Below, piece after piece: positions 1 through 7,837 of a stretch of 35,913 nt of DNA. This DNA is from Thermoplasmata archaeon (lineage in GTDB: Archaea; Thermoplasmatota; Thermoplasmata; Lutacidiplasmatales; UBA184), in contig JAGWLG010000037.1 in the NCBI GenBank assembly GCA_028864975.1, forward strand, positions 1 through 35,913, in the 5' to 3' direction. Position 1 is the stretch's first letter. Each line of letters starts with the position of its first letter. Made by a program: the position numbers and the translations under genes. Under the pieces are notes generated by a model. It saw only the letters and a program-made list of their open reading frames with translations. It had not been told where the DNA came from and ran no database searches.

Positions 1-187
1 CAGCAGGAGAGCAGCGGGTGCGGGGCTCCCTCTTCGGCCGGGGCCGCCTAAGAACCGTTCCACCGGGGCCCTTGGCTTCCCAAGCACCTGGGGGCGGGTG
101 CTCTTGTTGCAAGCTCATGGGGGAGGAGCCCCCCCTCGGACCGACTTCCCGAGCGGGGTCCGGTCTTAGGAGCACAGTATCACAATG

Positions 188-223
188 CTAAAATACGATG
201 TGTGTATCCCACAAGTATACACA
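188..223 (+). promoter_or_regulatory. TATA-like box (CTAAAATA, 188-195) plus 7-bp inverted repeat TGTGTAT-N9-ATACACA (201-223) upstream of the pha operon
   Basis: AT-rich patch in otherwise very GC-rich DNA, 35 nt before ATG 223; perfect inverted repeat read directly; function inferred. Confidence 0.55.
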
Positions 224-456
224 TGGCGCCACACTCCCCTGACCTCTCGGTCGTCTACGCCAACTTCGCCGAACAGTCGGTCCGTGCGGCCTTCCAGACC
301 TGGGAGGCCCTCTTCGGCCAGCTCCGACCCCTCGAGGCGGACGAACGGGCCTTCCTCTCGCAGGTCGAGAACGGCGCGGTCCTGACCGCGCGAACCCTGG
401 TCGAGAAGAGCGTCGAGGCGGCCACGCGCCCCTTGGAGCTCTTCCCCCGGCCGTAG
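223..456 (+). CDS. Small helical protein, first gene of pha operon (putative granule-associated/phasin-like)
   Basis: 77 aa from ATG 223 (the ORF track starts at GTG 202); host-like codon usage; amphipathic helix VRAAFQTWEALF; directly upstream of pha genes. Confidence 0.6.
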   Translation: MAPHSPDLSVVYANFAEQSVRAAFQTWEALFGQLRPLEADERAFLSQVENGAVLTARTLVEKSVEAATRPLELFPRP

Positions 457-485
457 GCATCCTACGAAACGACGCGAAGGTTCCC

Positions 486-950
486 ATGCGATTGGACATC
501 GGCTCGGACGGGAAGATCATCGGCACCCGGCGGGTGAGCCCGAACGGGCAGGTGAGCGGGCTCAGCGAGTTCGCCGGCCGCGAGGTCCTCGTGATCCTGC
601 CGGGGTCGTCCGACGCCCCTTCCTCCGCGACCTGGGGCACGCCCGAGGGGCTGACCCAGCTCGTGAGCGAGCAGATCCGCCAGGCGTACCAGCGCTACCA
701 GGCCCTGCAGGAAATGTACGCCACCCCTTGGGAAGCCACGCGTTCGTTCATGCAAAGCGTCCTGGGCGGTCAGCCGCCCGACCTCCTGGCCGAAGTTGAC
801 CGATGGGTTAAAGCCCAGGTCCGGGATGCCCAGCCCGGTCGCACTTCCCAGCCTACTGGCTCCTCCGACGACGGGGCTTCCAGCTCGGCTCGCGGCGGCG
901 CGAAGAGCGCCGCACGGCGCTCCGACGCTCCCGGGAGGAAGCGGCCATGA
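486..950 (+). CDS. AbrB/DUF2080-like swapped-hairpin N-terminus plus helical C-terminus; putative PhaR-type regulator
   Basis: N-terminal IIGTRRVSPNGQVSGLSEFAGREVLVILP resembles an AbrB-fold hairpin; haloarchaeal PhaR is AbrB-like; stop overlaps next ATG (ATGA). Confidence 0.6.
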   Translation: MRLDIGSDGKIIGTRRVSPNGQVSGLSEFAGREVLVILPGSSDAPSSATWGTPEGLTQLVSEQIRQAYQRYQALQEMYATPWEATRSFMQSVLGGQPPDLLAEVDRWVKAQVRDAQPGRTSQPTGSSDDGASSSARGGAKSAARRSDAPGRKRP

Positions 951-1714
951 CCGGAGAGAACGGGAACATGAACCGCGTACTGGACCGCCGAGCCCTGGTG
1001 ACAGGGGGAAGCGGGGGGATTGGATACGACGTGGCGAGGGCGCTGGCGGAAGAGGGAGCCGACGTCGCGGTCCAATGGCACCGCAACCAGGTCGAGGCGG
1101 ACAAGATCGTCGAGCTCATCTCCAAGTCGGGGCGCAAGGGCCTCGCCGTCCAGGCGGACCTCCAGGACCCGAAGAGCGTCCGTTCCATGCGCGACGCGCT
1201 GCACGAGAAGTTCGGCAAGATCGACGTGCTGATCAACTGCGCCGGGATCAACCGGGACAGCCTCTTCGCCCGAATGACCGACGAGCAGTGGGAGGAGGTC
1301 ATCCAGGTCAACCTCTCCGGCGTCTACCACTGCTGCAAGGCCTTCGTCGAGGAGATCTCGGCGAGCGGGCACGGACGCATCATCAACATCTCCTCGCTCG
1401 TGGGCCAGATGGGGAACATCGGGCAGGTCAACTACGCCGCCAGCAAGAGCGGCATGATTGGGTTCACCAAGGCGCTCGCACGTGAGCTCGCCCGCGACAA
1501 GGCGACCGTCAACGTCGTCGCCCCGGGGTTCATCGACACCCCGATGGTCCAGAAGATCCCGGACAAGGTGAAGCAGAAGATCCTCTCCCAGATCCCCATG
1601 GGCCGCTTCGGGACCCCCCGCGAAGTGGCCATGAGCGTCGTCTACCTGGCCTCCCCGGAGGCCGACTACGTCACCGGAGCTGTCCTCAATCTCAACGGAG
1701 GAATGTATCTATGA
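947..1714 (+). CDS. phaB: Acetoacetyl-CoA reductase / FabG-like SDR
   Basis: TGGSGGIG NAD(P) motif, NCAG, YAASK catalytic motif, APGFIDT; sits in the phaEC operon. Confidence 0.85.
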   Translation: MTGENGNMNRVLDRRALVTGGSGGIGYDVARALAEEGADVAVQWHRNQVEADKIVELISKSGRKGLAVQADLQDPKSVRSMRDALHEKFGKIDVLINCAGINRDSLFARMTDEQWEEVIQVNLSGVYHCCKAFVEEISASGHGRIINISSLVGQMGNIGQVNYAASKSGMIGFTKALARELARDKATVNVVAPGFIDTPMVQKIPDKVKQKILSQIPMGRFGTPREVAMSVVYLASPEADYVTGAVLNLNGGMYL

Positions 1715-2064
1715 GCGCAACCGAGACCCCGAGCTTCCCGACGCTGCCGAACTTGCCGAACCTGCCCAACCTGCCCCAGGTCACCGCGGCCTGGAACCAG
1801 GTCGGGGACGCCGTCAACAAGGCGACCGAGCTCTACCTGCGCGAGCTCACGGCCTACCTGACGTGGGCCCGGGACGTCCAGAAGGAGGTCCTCGAGCAGA
1901 GCCTTTCGACGAGCCAGGAGCTCTCGCGCCTGGGCGAGCGCCAGCTCGCCTTCCTGGCGCGCCTGCGCGACAACACCCCCGTCCTGGGCGCGGTCCCGAA
2001 GGGGACCGAGACCATCGCGGGCATGGTCGAGAGCGTCGTGAAGGAGACCACCGGCGGCCAGTAG
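1711..2064 (+). CDS. Small helical protein, putative phasin (PhaP-like)
   Basis: 117 aa, ATGA-coupled to phaB, mostly amphipathic helix, located between phaB and phaE. Confidence 0.6.
   Translation: MSATETPSFPTLPNLPNLPNLPQVTAAWNQVGDAVNKATELYLRELTAYLTWARDVQKEVLEQSLSTSQELSRLGERQLAFLARLRDNTPVLGAVPKGTETIAGMVESVVKETTGGQ
1744..1776 (+). repeat. 9-bp tandem repeat encoding (LPN)3-LP
   Basis: ctgccgaac ttgccgaac ctgcccaac ctgccc read directly. Confidence 0.85.
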
Positions 2065-2095
2065 ACGATCCACGAAAGAACAACAGGTGAGGAAC

Positions 2096-2914
2096 ATGCC
2101 ACGAGCAAGGAAGAGCAAGAGCGAGCCCCGAGCCACGCCGAGCAAGACCGTCGCCGCGTCCGAAGCGCGAGAGGCTCCCCGCAGGGAGACCCCGACCTCG
2201 GCCGACGCTCCCCGGGCCCCCCTCGAAGAGGGGCTCGAGCTGTGGACGCGCTTCGCCCGGGAGACCGGCGAGACGGTGACGGAGTTCCTCCGGCGATTCG
2301 GTGAGGAGCAGCAGAAGAACTACGAGTCCTGGTCGACCTCGCTCGCCGATGTCACCCGACCGGCTATGCGGGACCGCGGGACCCAGGAGGTCCAGACGCG
2401 CCTCGAGGAGTGGAACCGCCGGGCCGAGGAGATCGGCACCCGGGTCCGCGACGCCTTCCAGACCGCGCTCGAGCCCCAGAAGGAGCTCCTGGACGCGTGG
2501 GTGAAGCCCTTCCTCCCGAAGGAGGCCACGCCCCAGGACAAGGCCCGGGAAGCGACCGAGCTCGTCCAGAAGCTCTACACCGGGCTCACGACGAACCTCT
2601 CCCGCCGGCTCTTCGAGACCCTGCAGCCGGGAAGGGGCGTCGAGGACCTCGTGAGGGCCCAAGAGGAGTCGCTCAAGGAGTTCTCCGACTCCTTCCAGAA
2701 GCTGACCCAGCTCTACTTCACGAGCCCGGCCTTCGTCTCGATGTTCGGGAAGACGCTGGACGCCTCGCTCGACCTCCAGAAGGCGGTCAAGGAGGGGGAC
2801 GATGTCTTCAGCAAGATCACCGGGTTCCCCTCCCGGCGCGAGATCACCGAGCTCAACCAGGCGGTCAAGGACCTCTCCGCGAAGGTCTCCCGTCTGAACA
2901 CTGGGCGGGCGTAA
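2096..2914 (+). CDS. phaE: Class III PHA synthase subunit PhaE
   Basis: C-terminal FPSRREITELNQAVKDLSAKVSRL matches the PhaE (LP)TRxE(I/V)..L..L coiled coil; directly upstream of phaC; SD GGTGAGG before ATG 2096. Confidence 0.8.
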   Translation: MPRARKSKSEPRATPSKTVAASEAREAPRRETPTSADAPRAPLEEGLELWTRFARETGETVTEFLRRFGEEQQKNYESWSTSLADVTRPAMRDRGTQEVQTRLEEWNRRAEEIGTRVRDAFQTALEPQKELLDAWVKPFLPKEATPQDKAREATELVQKLYTGLTTNLSRRLFETLQPGRGVEDLVRAQEESLKEFSDSFQKLTQLYFTSPAFVSMFGKTLDASLDLQKAVKEGDDVFSKITGFPSRREITELNQAVKDLSAKVSRLNTGRA

Positions 2915-2972
2915 GCCCGCTCCCCGGTCGCGCTGTCGGGCTTATACCCGACAGCGCGCTGGAGTTCTTCCG

Positions 2973-4148
2973 ATGGCGACCGCTCTGCCCCCTCCGTCTG
3001 CGATGGAGGAAGATCCCTCCCCCAGCGACCCTGTCGCGGAGTTCCAGGAGAAGCTCCGCAAGGCCTGGGACCTGGCGCTCCACCCGCCCAAGATCGAGGT
3101 CGGGGTGACCCCCGCGGACGTGGTCCTGCGAGAAGGTCGGATGCGCCTCCTACACTACCGTTGCCCGCAGGGCGTGCTGAAGGAGGACCGCCCCCCCGTG
3201 CTCTGCGTCTACGCCCTCATCAACAAGCCGTACATCATGGACCTTCAACCGGGGCTCTCGGTCGTCGAGACCCTTCTCTCGCGGGGGCTGGACGTGTTCC
3301 TCATCGACTGGGGGACGCCGAACGAGCTCGACCGCGACTTGACGCTCCACGACTACGTCAACGGCTACGTCGGCCGCTCGGTCGAGGCGGTCCAGAGGGA
3401 GACCGGCGAGGCCCAGGTCCACATCCTGGGCTACTGCATGGGAGGGACCTTCTCCGCGATGTACACGGCGCTCCACCCCGAGAACGTTCGGACCTTGACC
3501 CTGATGGCCGCGCCGCTCGACTTCGACACGCGTTCGAGCTACCTCAACATCTGGGCCCACGCGCCCGGGTTCGACGCGTGGAAGATCGCGCGGACCTTCG
3601 GGCTCATCCCTCCCGAGTTCTTCAACTCGGCCTTTGGGATGCTGGACCCGCTGCGCACGAGCTACCTCAAGTTCAAGGACCTGCTCGAGCGGATGGACGA
3701 CACGCCGTTCGTCGAGAACTTCCTCCGGATGGAGAAGTGGACGAACGACGGCATCCCCATGGCGGGTCCGACCTACGCCGAGTTCATCGACAAGGGCTAC
3801 CAGAAGAACCTGCTCATCAAGGGGGAGTGGACCTTGGACGGCGACAAGCGCCGCGTCGACCTCAAGGCGATCGACATGCCGCTCGCCACGATCGTCGGGC
3901 TCAAGGACAACCTGGTCCCTCCCGAGTCGACGGAGCACGTGCTGGGGTACGTCGGGTCGAAGGACACCACGAAGTTCCAGTTCCCCGGTGGCCACATCGG
4001 GCTTTCCGTGAGCCGCCGCGCCCACCAGGAGCTCTGGCCGCGCTACGCTGACTGGGTCCTGGCGAGGAGCCGAGGTCCGTCCAAGAAGTCCGCGCCCGCC
4101 GCCGCAAAGGCCCCGAAGGCCCGAGCGCGTCGCCGCCGATCGAAGTAG
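2973..4148 (+). CDS. phaC: Class III PHA synthase catalytic subunit PhaC
   Basis: YALINKPYIMDLQP, lipase box GYCMGG (Cys), KDNLVPP (Asp), GGHIG (His). Confidence 0.93.
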   Translation: MATALPPPSAMEEDPSPSDPVAEFQEKLRKAWDLALHPPKIEVGVTPADVVLREGRMRLLHYRCPQGVLKEDRPPVLCVYALINKPYIMDLQPGLSVVETLLSRGLDVFLIDWGTPNELDRDLTLHDYVNGYVGRSVEAVQRETGEAQVHILGYCMGGTFSAMYTALHPENVRTLTLMAAPLDFDTRSSYLNIWAHAPGFDAWKIARTFGLIPPEFFNSAFGMLDPLRTSYLKFKDLLERMDDTPFVENFLRMEKWTNDGIPMAGPTYAEFIDKGYQKNLLIKGEWTLDGDKRRVDLKAIDMPLATIVGLKDNLVPPESTEHVLGYVGSKDTTKFQFPGGHIGLSVSRRAHQELWPRYADWVLARSRGPSKKSAPAAAKAPKARARRRRSK

Positions 4149-4171
4149 GTCCCTAGGAAGGAGCAACCACC

Positions 4172-5353
4172 ATGGCCGCAGCACGTCGGAGCACCCCGAA
4201 GTCCGTCGCGACCGAGAAGAACGCCGCCCCCGCCGCACAGGCGGGTCCCCTCGTTCTCGTCGAACGTAGGGGCCCGGTGGCCGTCCTGACGCTCAACAAC
4301 CCGCCTGTGAACATCCTCACGACGCCCCTTCTCGAGGAGCTCGCAGGACAGGTCCTCGAGCTCTCCGACGACCCCACGGTCCGAGCCTTGGTGCTGACCG
4401 GAGGCGGGGACAAGGCCTTCTCCGGCGGGGCCGATATCAAGGAGATGGTGAAGATGGACCGCGAGGAAGCGAGCCGCCACTCCGCGAAGGGGCAGGCCGT
4501 CGCGAACTTGCTCGAGCGCTCGCCGCTCCCCGTGATCGCGGCCGTCAAGGGTTACTGCCTGGGCGGGGGGTGCGAGATCTCCCAAGCGTGCGACTTCATC
4601 ATTGCCAGCGACGACGCCGTCTTCGGCCAGCCCGAGATCAACATCGGGGTCATCCCCGGGTGGGGCGGCTCTCGCCGGCTCACCCGTGCCGTAGGCGCGG
4701 CCCGCGCCCGCGACTGGATCATGACGGGCGAGAAGGTGGGCGCCGAGCGGGCGCTCAAGGATGGGCTGCTCCACGCGGTCGTCCCGCGGGCGAAGCTCCT
4801 CGACGAGGCGGTCGCGCTCGGGCAGAAGCTGGCCACGAAGCCGGCGGTCGCGCTCGCGGCCTGCAAGTACGCGGTCAACCAGGCCTCCGATGCGAGCCGG
4901 CTCATGGGGCTCGAGTACGAGCGCGAGCTGTGGGGGCTCCTCTTCGAGACCGAGGACCAGAAGGAGGGGATGCAGGCCTTCCTGGAGAAGCGTCCCGCGC
5001 AGTTCCCCGACCAACGGGACTGGACGCGGCGGAAGCCAGAGTTCCCCTGGGAGAGCCCAGGCAATCCCTTGGAGAGCGCCAAGGTGTTGGCCTACCAGCG
5101 GGCGACCGGGCCTTCCGTGGGTCCTGTCCCCCCAAGGTTCCCTTCGCTCCTCGCTATCAAGGGCCCCTACGACGTGATGGCCATGGCGGAGGCCTACCGA
5201 GAAGCGGGGCAGCGGGCGTTCGAGACCTTCTTCGCGCTCATGCGGAGCGCTTCGGACAACTACCAGAGCTGGACCCGGGCGGCGATGCGGGAGAACCCGG
5301 TGCTCCGGTACGCTCGCCCCCCCTCCTCAGGGAAGCGCGAGGAAGAACGCTGA
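4172..5353 (+). CDS. Enoyl-CoA hydratase (crotonase family) with ~115-aa C-terminal extension
   Basis: AFSGGADI, GGGCEI, PEINIGVIPGWGG (both catalytic Glu); the usual end EGMQAFLEKR is followed by an extra tail. Confidence 0.9.
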   Translation: MAAARRSTPKSVATEKNAAPAAQAGPLVLVERRGPVAVLTLNNPPVNILTTPLLEELAGQVLELSDDPTVRALVLTGGGDKAFSGGADIKEMVKMDREEASRHSAKGQAVANLLERSPLPVIAAVKGYCLGGGCEISQACDFIIASDDAVFGQPEINIGVIPGWGGSRRLTRAVGAARARDWIMTGEKVGAERALKDGLLHAVVPRAKLLDEAVALGQKLATKPAVALAACKYAVNQASDASRLMGLEYERELWGLLFETEDQKEGMQAFLEKRPAQFPDQRDWTRRKPEFPWESPGNPLESAKVLAYQRATGPSVGPVPPRFPSLLAIKGPYDVMAMAEAYREAGQRAFETFFALMRSASDNYQSWTRAAMRENPVLRYARPPSSGKREEER

Positions 5354-5426
5354 GCGGCAGGCCTCCCCCCGCCGAACGCGAACGCTAAGAACCTCCTGCC
5401 GTAGGCGACCCCGTCCGAAAGGGCGT

Positions 5427-5499
5427 GCCGCGGTGGCTCAGTCGGTAGAGCGGCTCCTTGGTAAGGAGCAGGCCGAGGGTTCAATTCCCTCCCGCGGCT
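5427..5499 (+). tRNA. tRNA-Thr(GGT)
   Basis: Cloverleaf: acceptor GCCGCGG/CCGCGGC, anticodon arm GCTCC-TTGGTAA-GGAGC, T arm GAGGG-TTCAATT-CCCTC; no encoded CCA. Confidence 0.95.
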
Positions 5500-5610
5500 T
5501 CGGCGCCTTATCTCTTCCCTGGACCGGAGCGGTTGATCTTTGAGCTGAGGTCTCCCCTCTCGTCCGAAGTCCAACGTCATCCTCATTCGGTGAAGCCTCT
5601 CGCCTCCTCC

Positions 5611-6159
5611 ATGTCGACCGACCGAAAGTTCTGCCGGTTCAATCGCGACCCTGACACCGCCGCCTTCAGCGTGACGGAGATCCCTTCGGCCGGTGTTTGC
5701 CTCTCGGCCTTCGTCCTCCTGAGCCCTCAAGGGCGGCCGCAGGAGGTCCTGATGGGTCGCATGAATCCCGAGTTCGCCTGGGACCACATCGGCGCGCTGG
5801 ACCCGAAGCGTGTCGAGGTCCATGGACGGGGATGGATGCTGCCTTCCTCTCACCTCATCTTCCAAGAAGGACCTCAAGAAGGAGCGCAGCGGATCCTCCG
5901 GGAGCAACTGGAGGCTCCCTACCTTCAGCTCTCAGGCCCGCAGGTGGTCTCGGAGGTGCATACGCCCCGTCGGTTCCCGGAACGCCCGGCACACTGGGAC
6001 CTGGAGTTCATCTTTCGAGGGGAGTGGCCGGAGGCCCAGCCCCCGAAGGCACCCGCGTGGCGAGAACTCAAGTTCGTGGACACACGGACCGTGGGTAAGC
6101 AGAACATTGCGCGATCTCACGAGGACATTCTTGCCTCGGCAGGGTCGCCTGTCGGGTAG
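5611..6159 (+). CDS. Nudix-fold protein with degenerate Nudix box
   Basis: GWMLPSSHLIFQEGPQEGAQRILREQL resembles W.lPgG...gE.p..aa.RE..EE; start trimmed to ATG 5611 because the listed ORF overlaps the tRNA. Confidence 0.65.
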   Translation: MSTDRKFCRFNRDPDTAAFSVTEIPSAGVCLSAFVLLSPQGRPQEVLMGRMNPEFAWDHIGALDPKRVEVHGRGWMLPSSHLIFQEGPQEGAQRILREQLEAPYLQLSGPQVVSEVHTPRRFPERPAHWDLEFIFRGEWPEAQPPKAPAWRELKFVDTRTVGKQNIARSHEDILASAGSPVG

Positions 6160-6837
6160 GAGCTCACACCGAGTGCTTCTCCCATGGGTCCAACCGGTCC
6201 TCGCTCGGGTGCCCCGAGGACCCGTCGTCTGAATCCAAGTGAGGATGGGAGAGATTCCTCGCCCCATATCGCTCCTGGGTGGGCGGGCATCACCCTCAGT
6301 AGGACCTTCGACCCTCCGTTCTTCGCGGAGCGAGCGCCTTTCCTGCCGTCGGACACGAAATGGGCGCGCTCTCGCCCAGGAGAGGCCTCCATCCCCTCGA
6401 CTCTAGCGCACTCACGTCGTCGAGGACCTTGCACCGAAAGCCGTCGGTGACCGTGCTGAGGCGCGAGACGTCACTCGAGGATCTCTCGACCAACGTCATG
6501 CCTCAGGCGGCCTAAACCCAGTTCGCGTCGCCACCGCTCTCGAAGAAGGGGTCATCTACCGCTGGACGAGTGAAGCCCCGTCCCTGAGCATCGACCACTG
6601 GGGGAGTATGGCCTTGCGCATGCCCAGAGGACCTGCTCACGTAGGAAAGCACCCCTCACCTCCACCTGAAGACGCCCTTGTCCCGCAGCGCATTCCGAGG
6701 GAGCCTAATCCCTGCCGGCGGACCTCTCGGCGACGGCGGCGGACGGTCCATGCTCGCGGGGCTCGGCATAGGTCGAGGGTAGCGAGGAGGTAGGTGGAGG
6801 AAACTCCATCATGGCGAAGGCTCTCCCTTTCGAGCCC

Positions 6838-7806
6838 TCAGAGAAGATGGACGTAAGCCAGCAGGAACGTCAAGCCTGCGCCGACGGCCGCTCCGGACAA
6901 GGGCCCAACCCCCCATCCAACGGCGATCCCACGCACGGCGGCCCACTTGATCTTCCCCGACGGCCGAGCGAACCCCGCCCCGATCATTGCGCCGACGAGT
7001 GCCTGGTTCATCGAGGTGAAGTAGCCGAACGAGACGTAGCTTAGAATCACGGCGGCCTGGGAGAGCTGGGCCGAGGTCGCCATTCGAGGGTCGAGCTGGA
7101 CGATCTCGAAGGCGACCCGCTTGAGCAACGGCTGTCCCCAGGTGAGGACCCCGAGCGCGAGCCCCGCTCCCCCGATGAGGCCGGCGGTCAACGGTGAGAA
7201 GAGGCCTGTCATGATGAACGCGCCCGAAGCGTTCGACACGTCGTTCGCCCCCATCGCGAACGAGGCGATGGACCCCATCGCCACGAGGCCAAAGGCGGCC
7301 ATGCCCACGAGCTCCGAGGGGGCCTCCGCGTGGGGGAGCAGCCGGCGGTCAGCCACGCGGACAAGGAGGTACCCCAGGGCGAAGGCGGCGAACGGCGCGA
7401 TCGCCCAGAGCAAGAGAAGCCGCTCGATCGTGCCCCAGTTGATCTCCAGGTGATGCGCAAGCCCCGCCCCAACCACCGAGAAGACCAGGAGTTGGATGGT
7501 CGAGGTCGGGACCTTCGCGAGGTTGAACGCCGTGGTCAGGAGGAACGCGCTTGCCAGGGTCGCGAGCGCCAGGGCGACCGGGACGGTTGCGGCGAGGAGG
7601 AGCCCATGGCCCACCGTGGACTCTACCCCACCGCTCGCGAGGGCGGCGCCCGCCAGCGTGAGAGGGGCCATGAGCAGGAGGGCGGGGAGAGGGCGGATCG
7701 CCCCTGAAGCATAGGACATGCCCATGCACGCCCCGGTATAGTGGGCGCCCATGCTGAAAGCGAAGGCGAAGGCGGCGGTCACCAGCAGGTCCGCGAGCAG
7801 ATTCAT
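6838..7806 (-). CDS. PiT-family inorganic phosphate/anion permease
   Basis: Multi-TM protein; C-terminal signature MGANDVSN; PTSTIQ and MNQALVGA match PiT ST(T)H-type motifs. Confidence 0.85.
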   Translation of the reverse strand: MNLLADLLVTAAFAFAFSMGAHYTGACMGMSYASGAIRPLPALLLMAPLTLAGAALASGGVESTVGHGLLLAATVPVALALATLASAFLLTTAFNLAKVPTSTIQLLVFSVVGAGLAHHLEINWGTIERLLLLWAIAPFAAFALGYLLVRVADRRLLPHAEAPSELVGMAAFGLVAMGSIASFAMGANDVSNASGAFIMTGLFSPLTAGLIGGAGLALGVLTWGQPLLKRVAFEIVQLDPRMATSAQLSQAAVILSYVSFGYFTSMNQALVGAMIGAGFARPSGKIKWAAVRGIAVGWGVGPLSGAAVGAGLTFLLAYVHLL

Positions 7807-7837
7807 CGGACCATCGAGCGGAGTGGGGCCTCTCGCA

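Noticed and set aside
1-51. Possible 3' end of an upstream CDS (QQESSGCGAPSSAGAA-stop)
   Set aside because: Too short to support or identify
5427-5499. tRNA-Thr as an integration site bounding the pha operon
   Set aside because: No duplication of its 3' end and no integrase seen in the window; pha genes look host-like in codon usage
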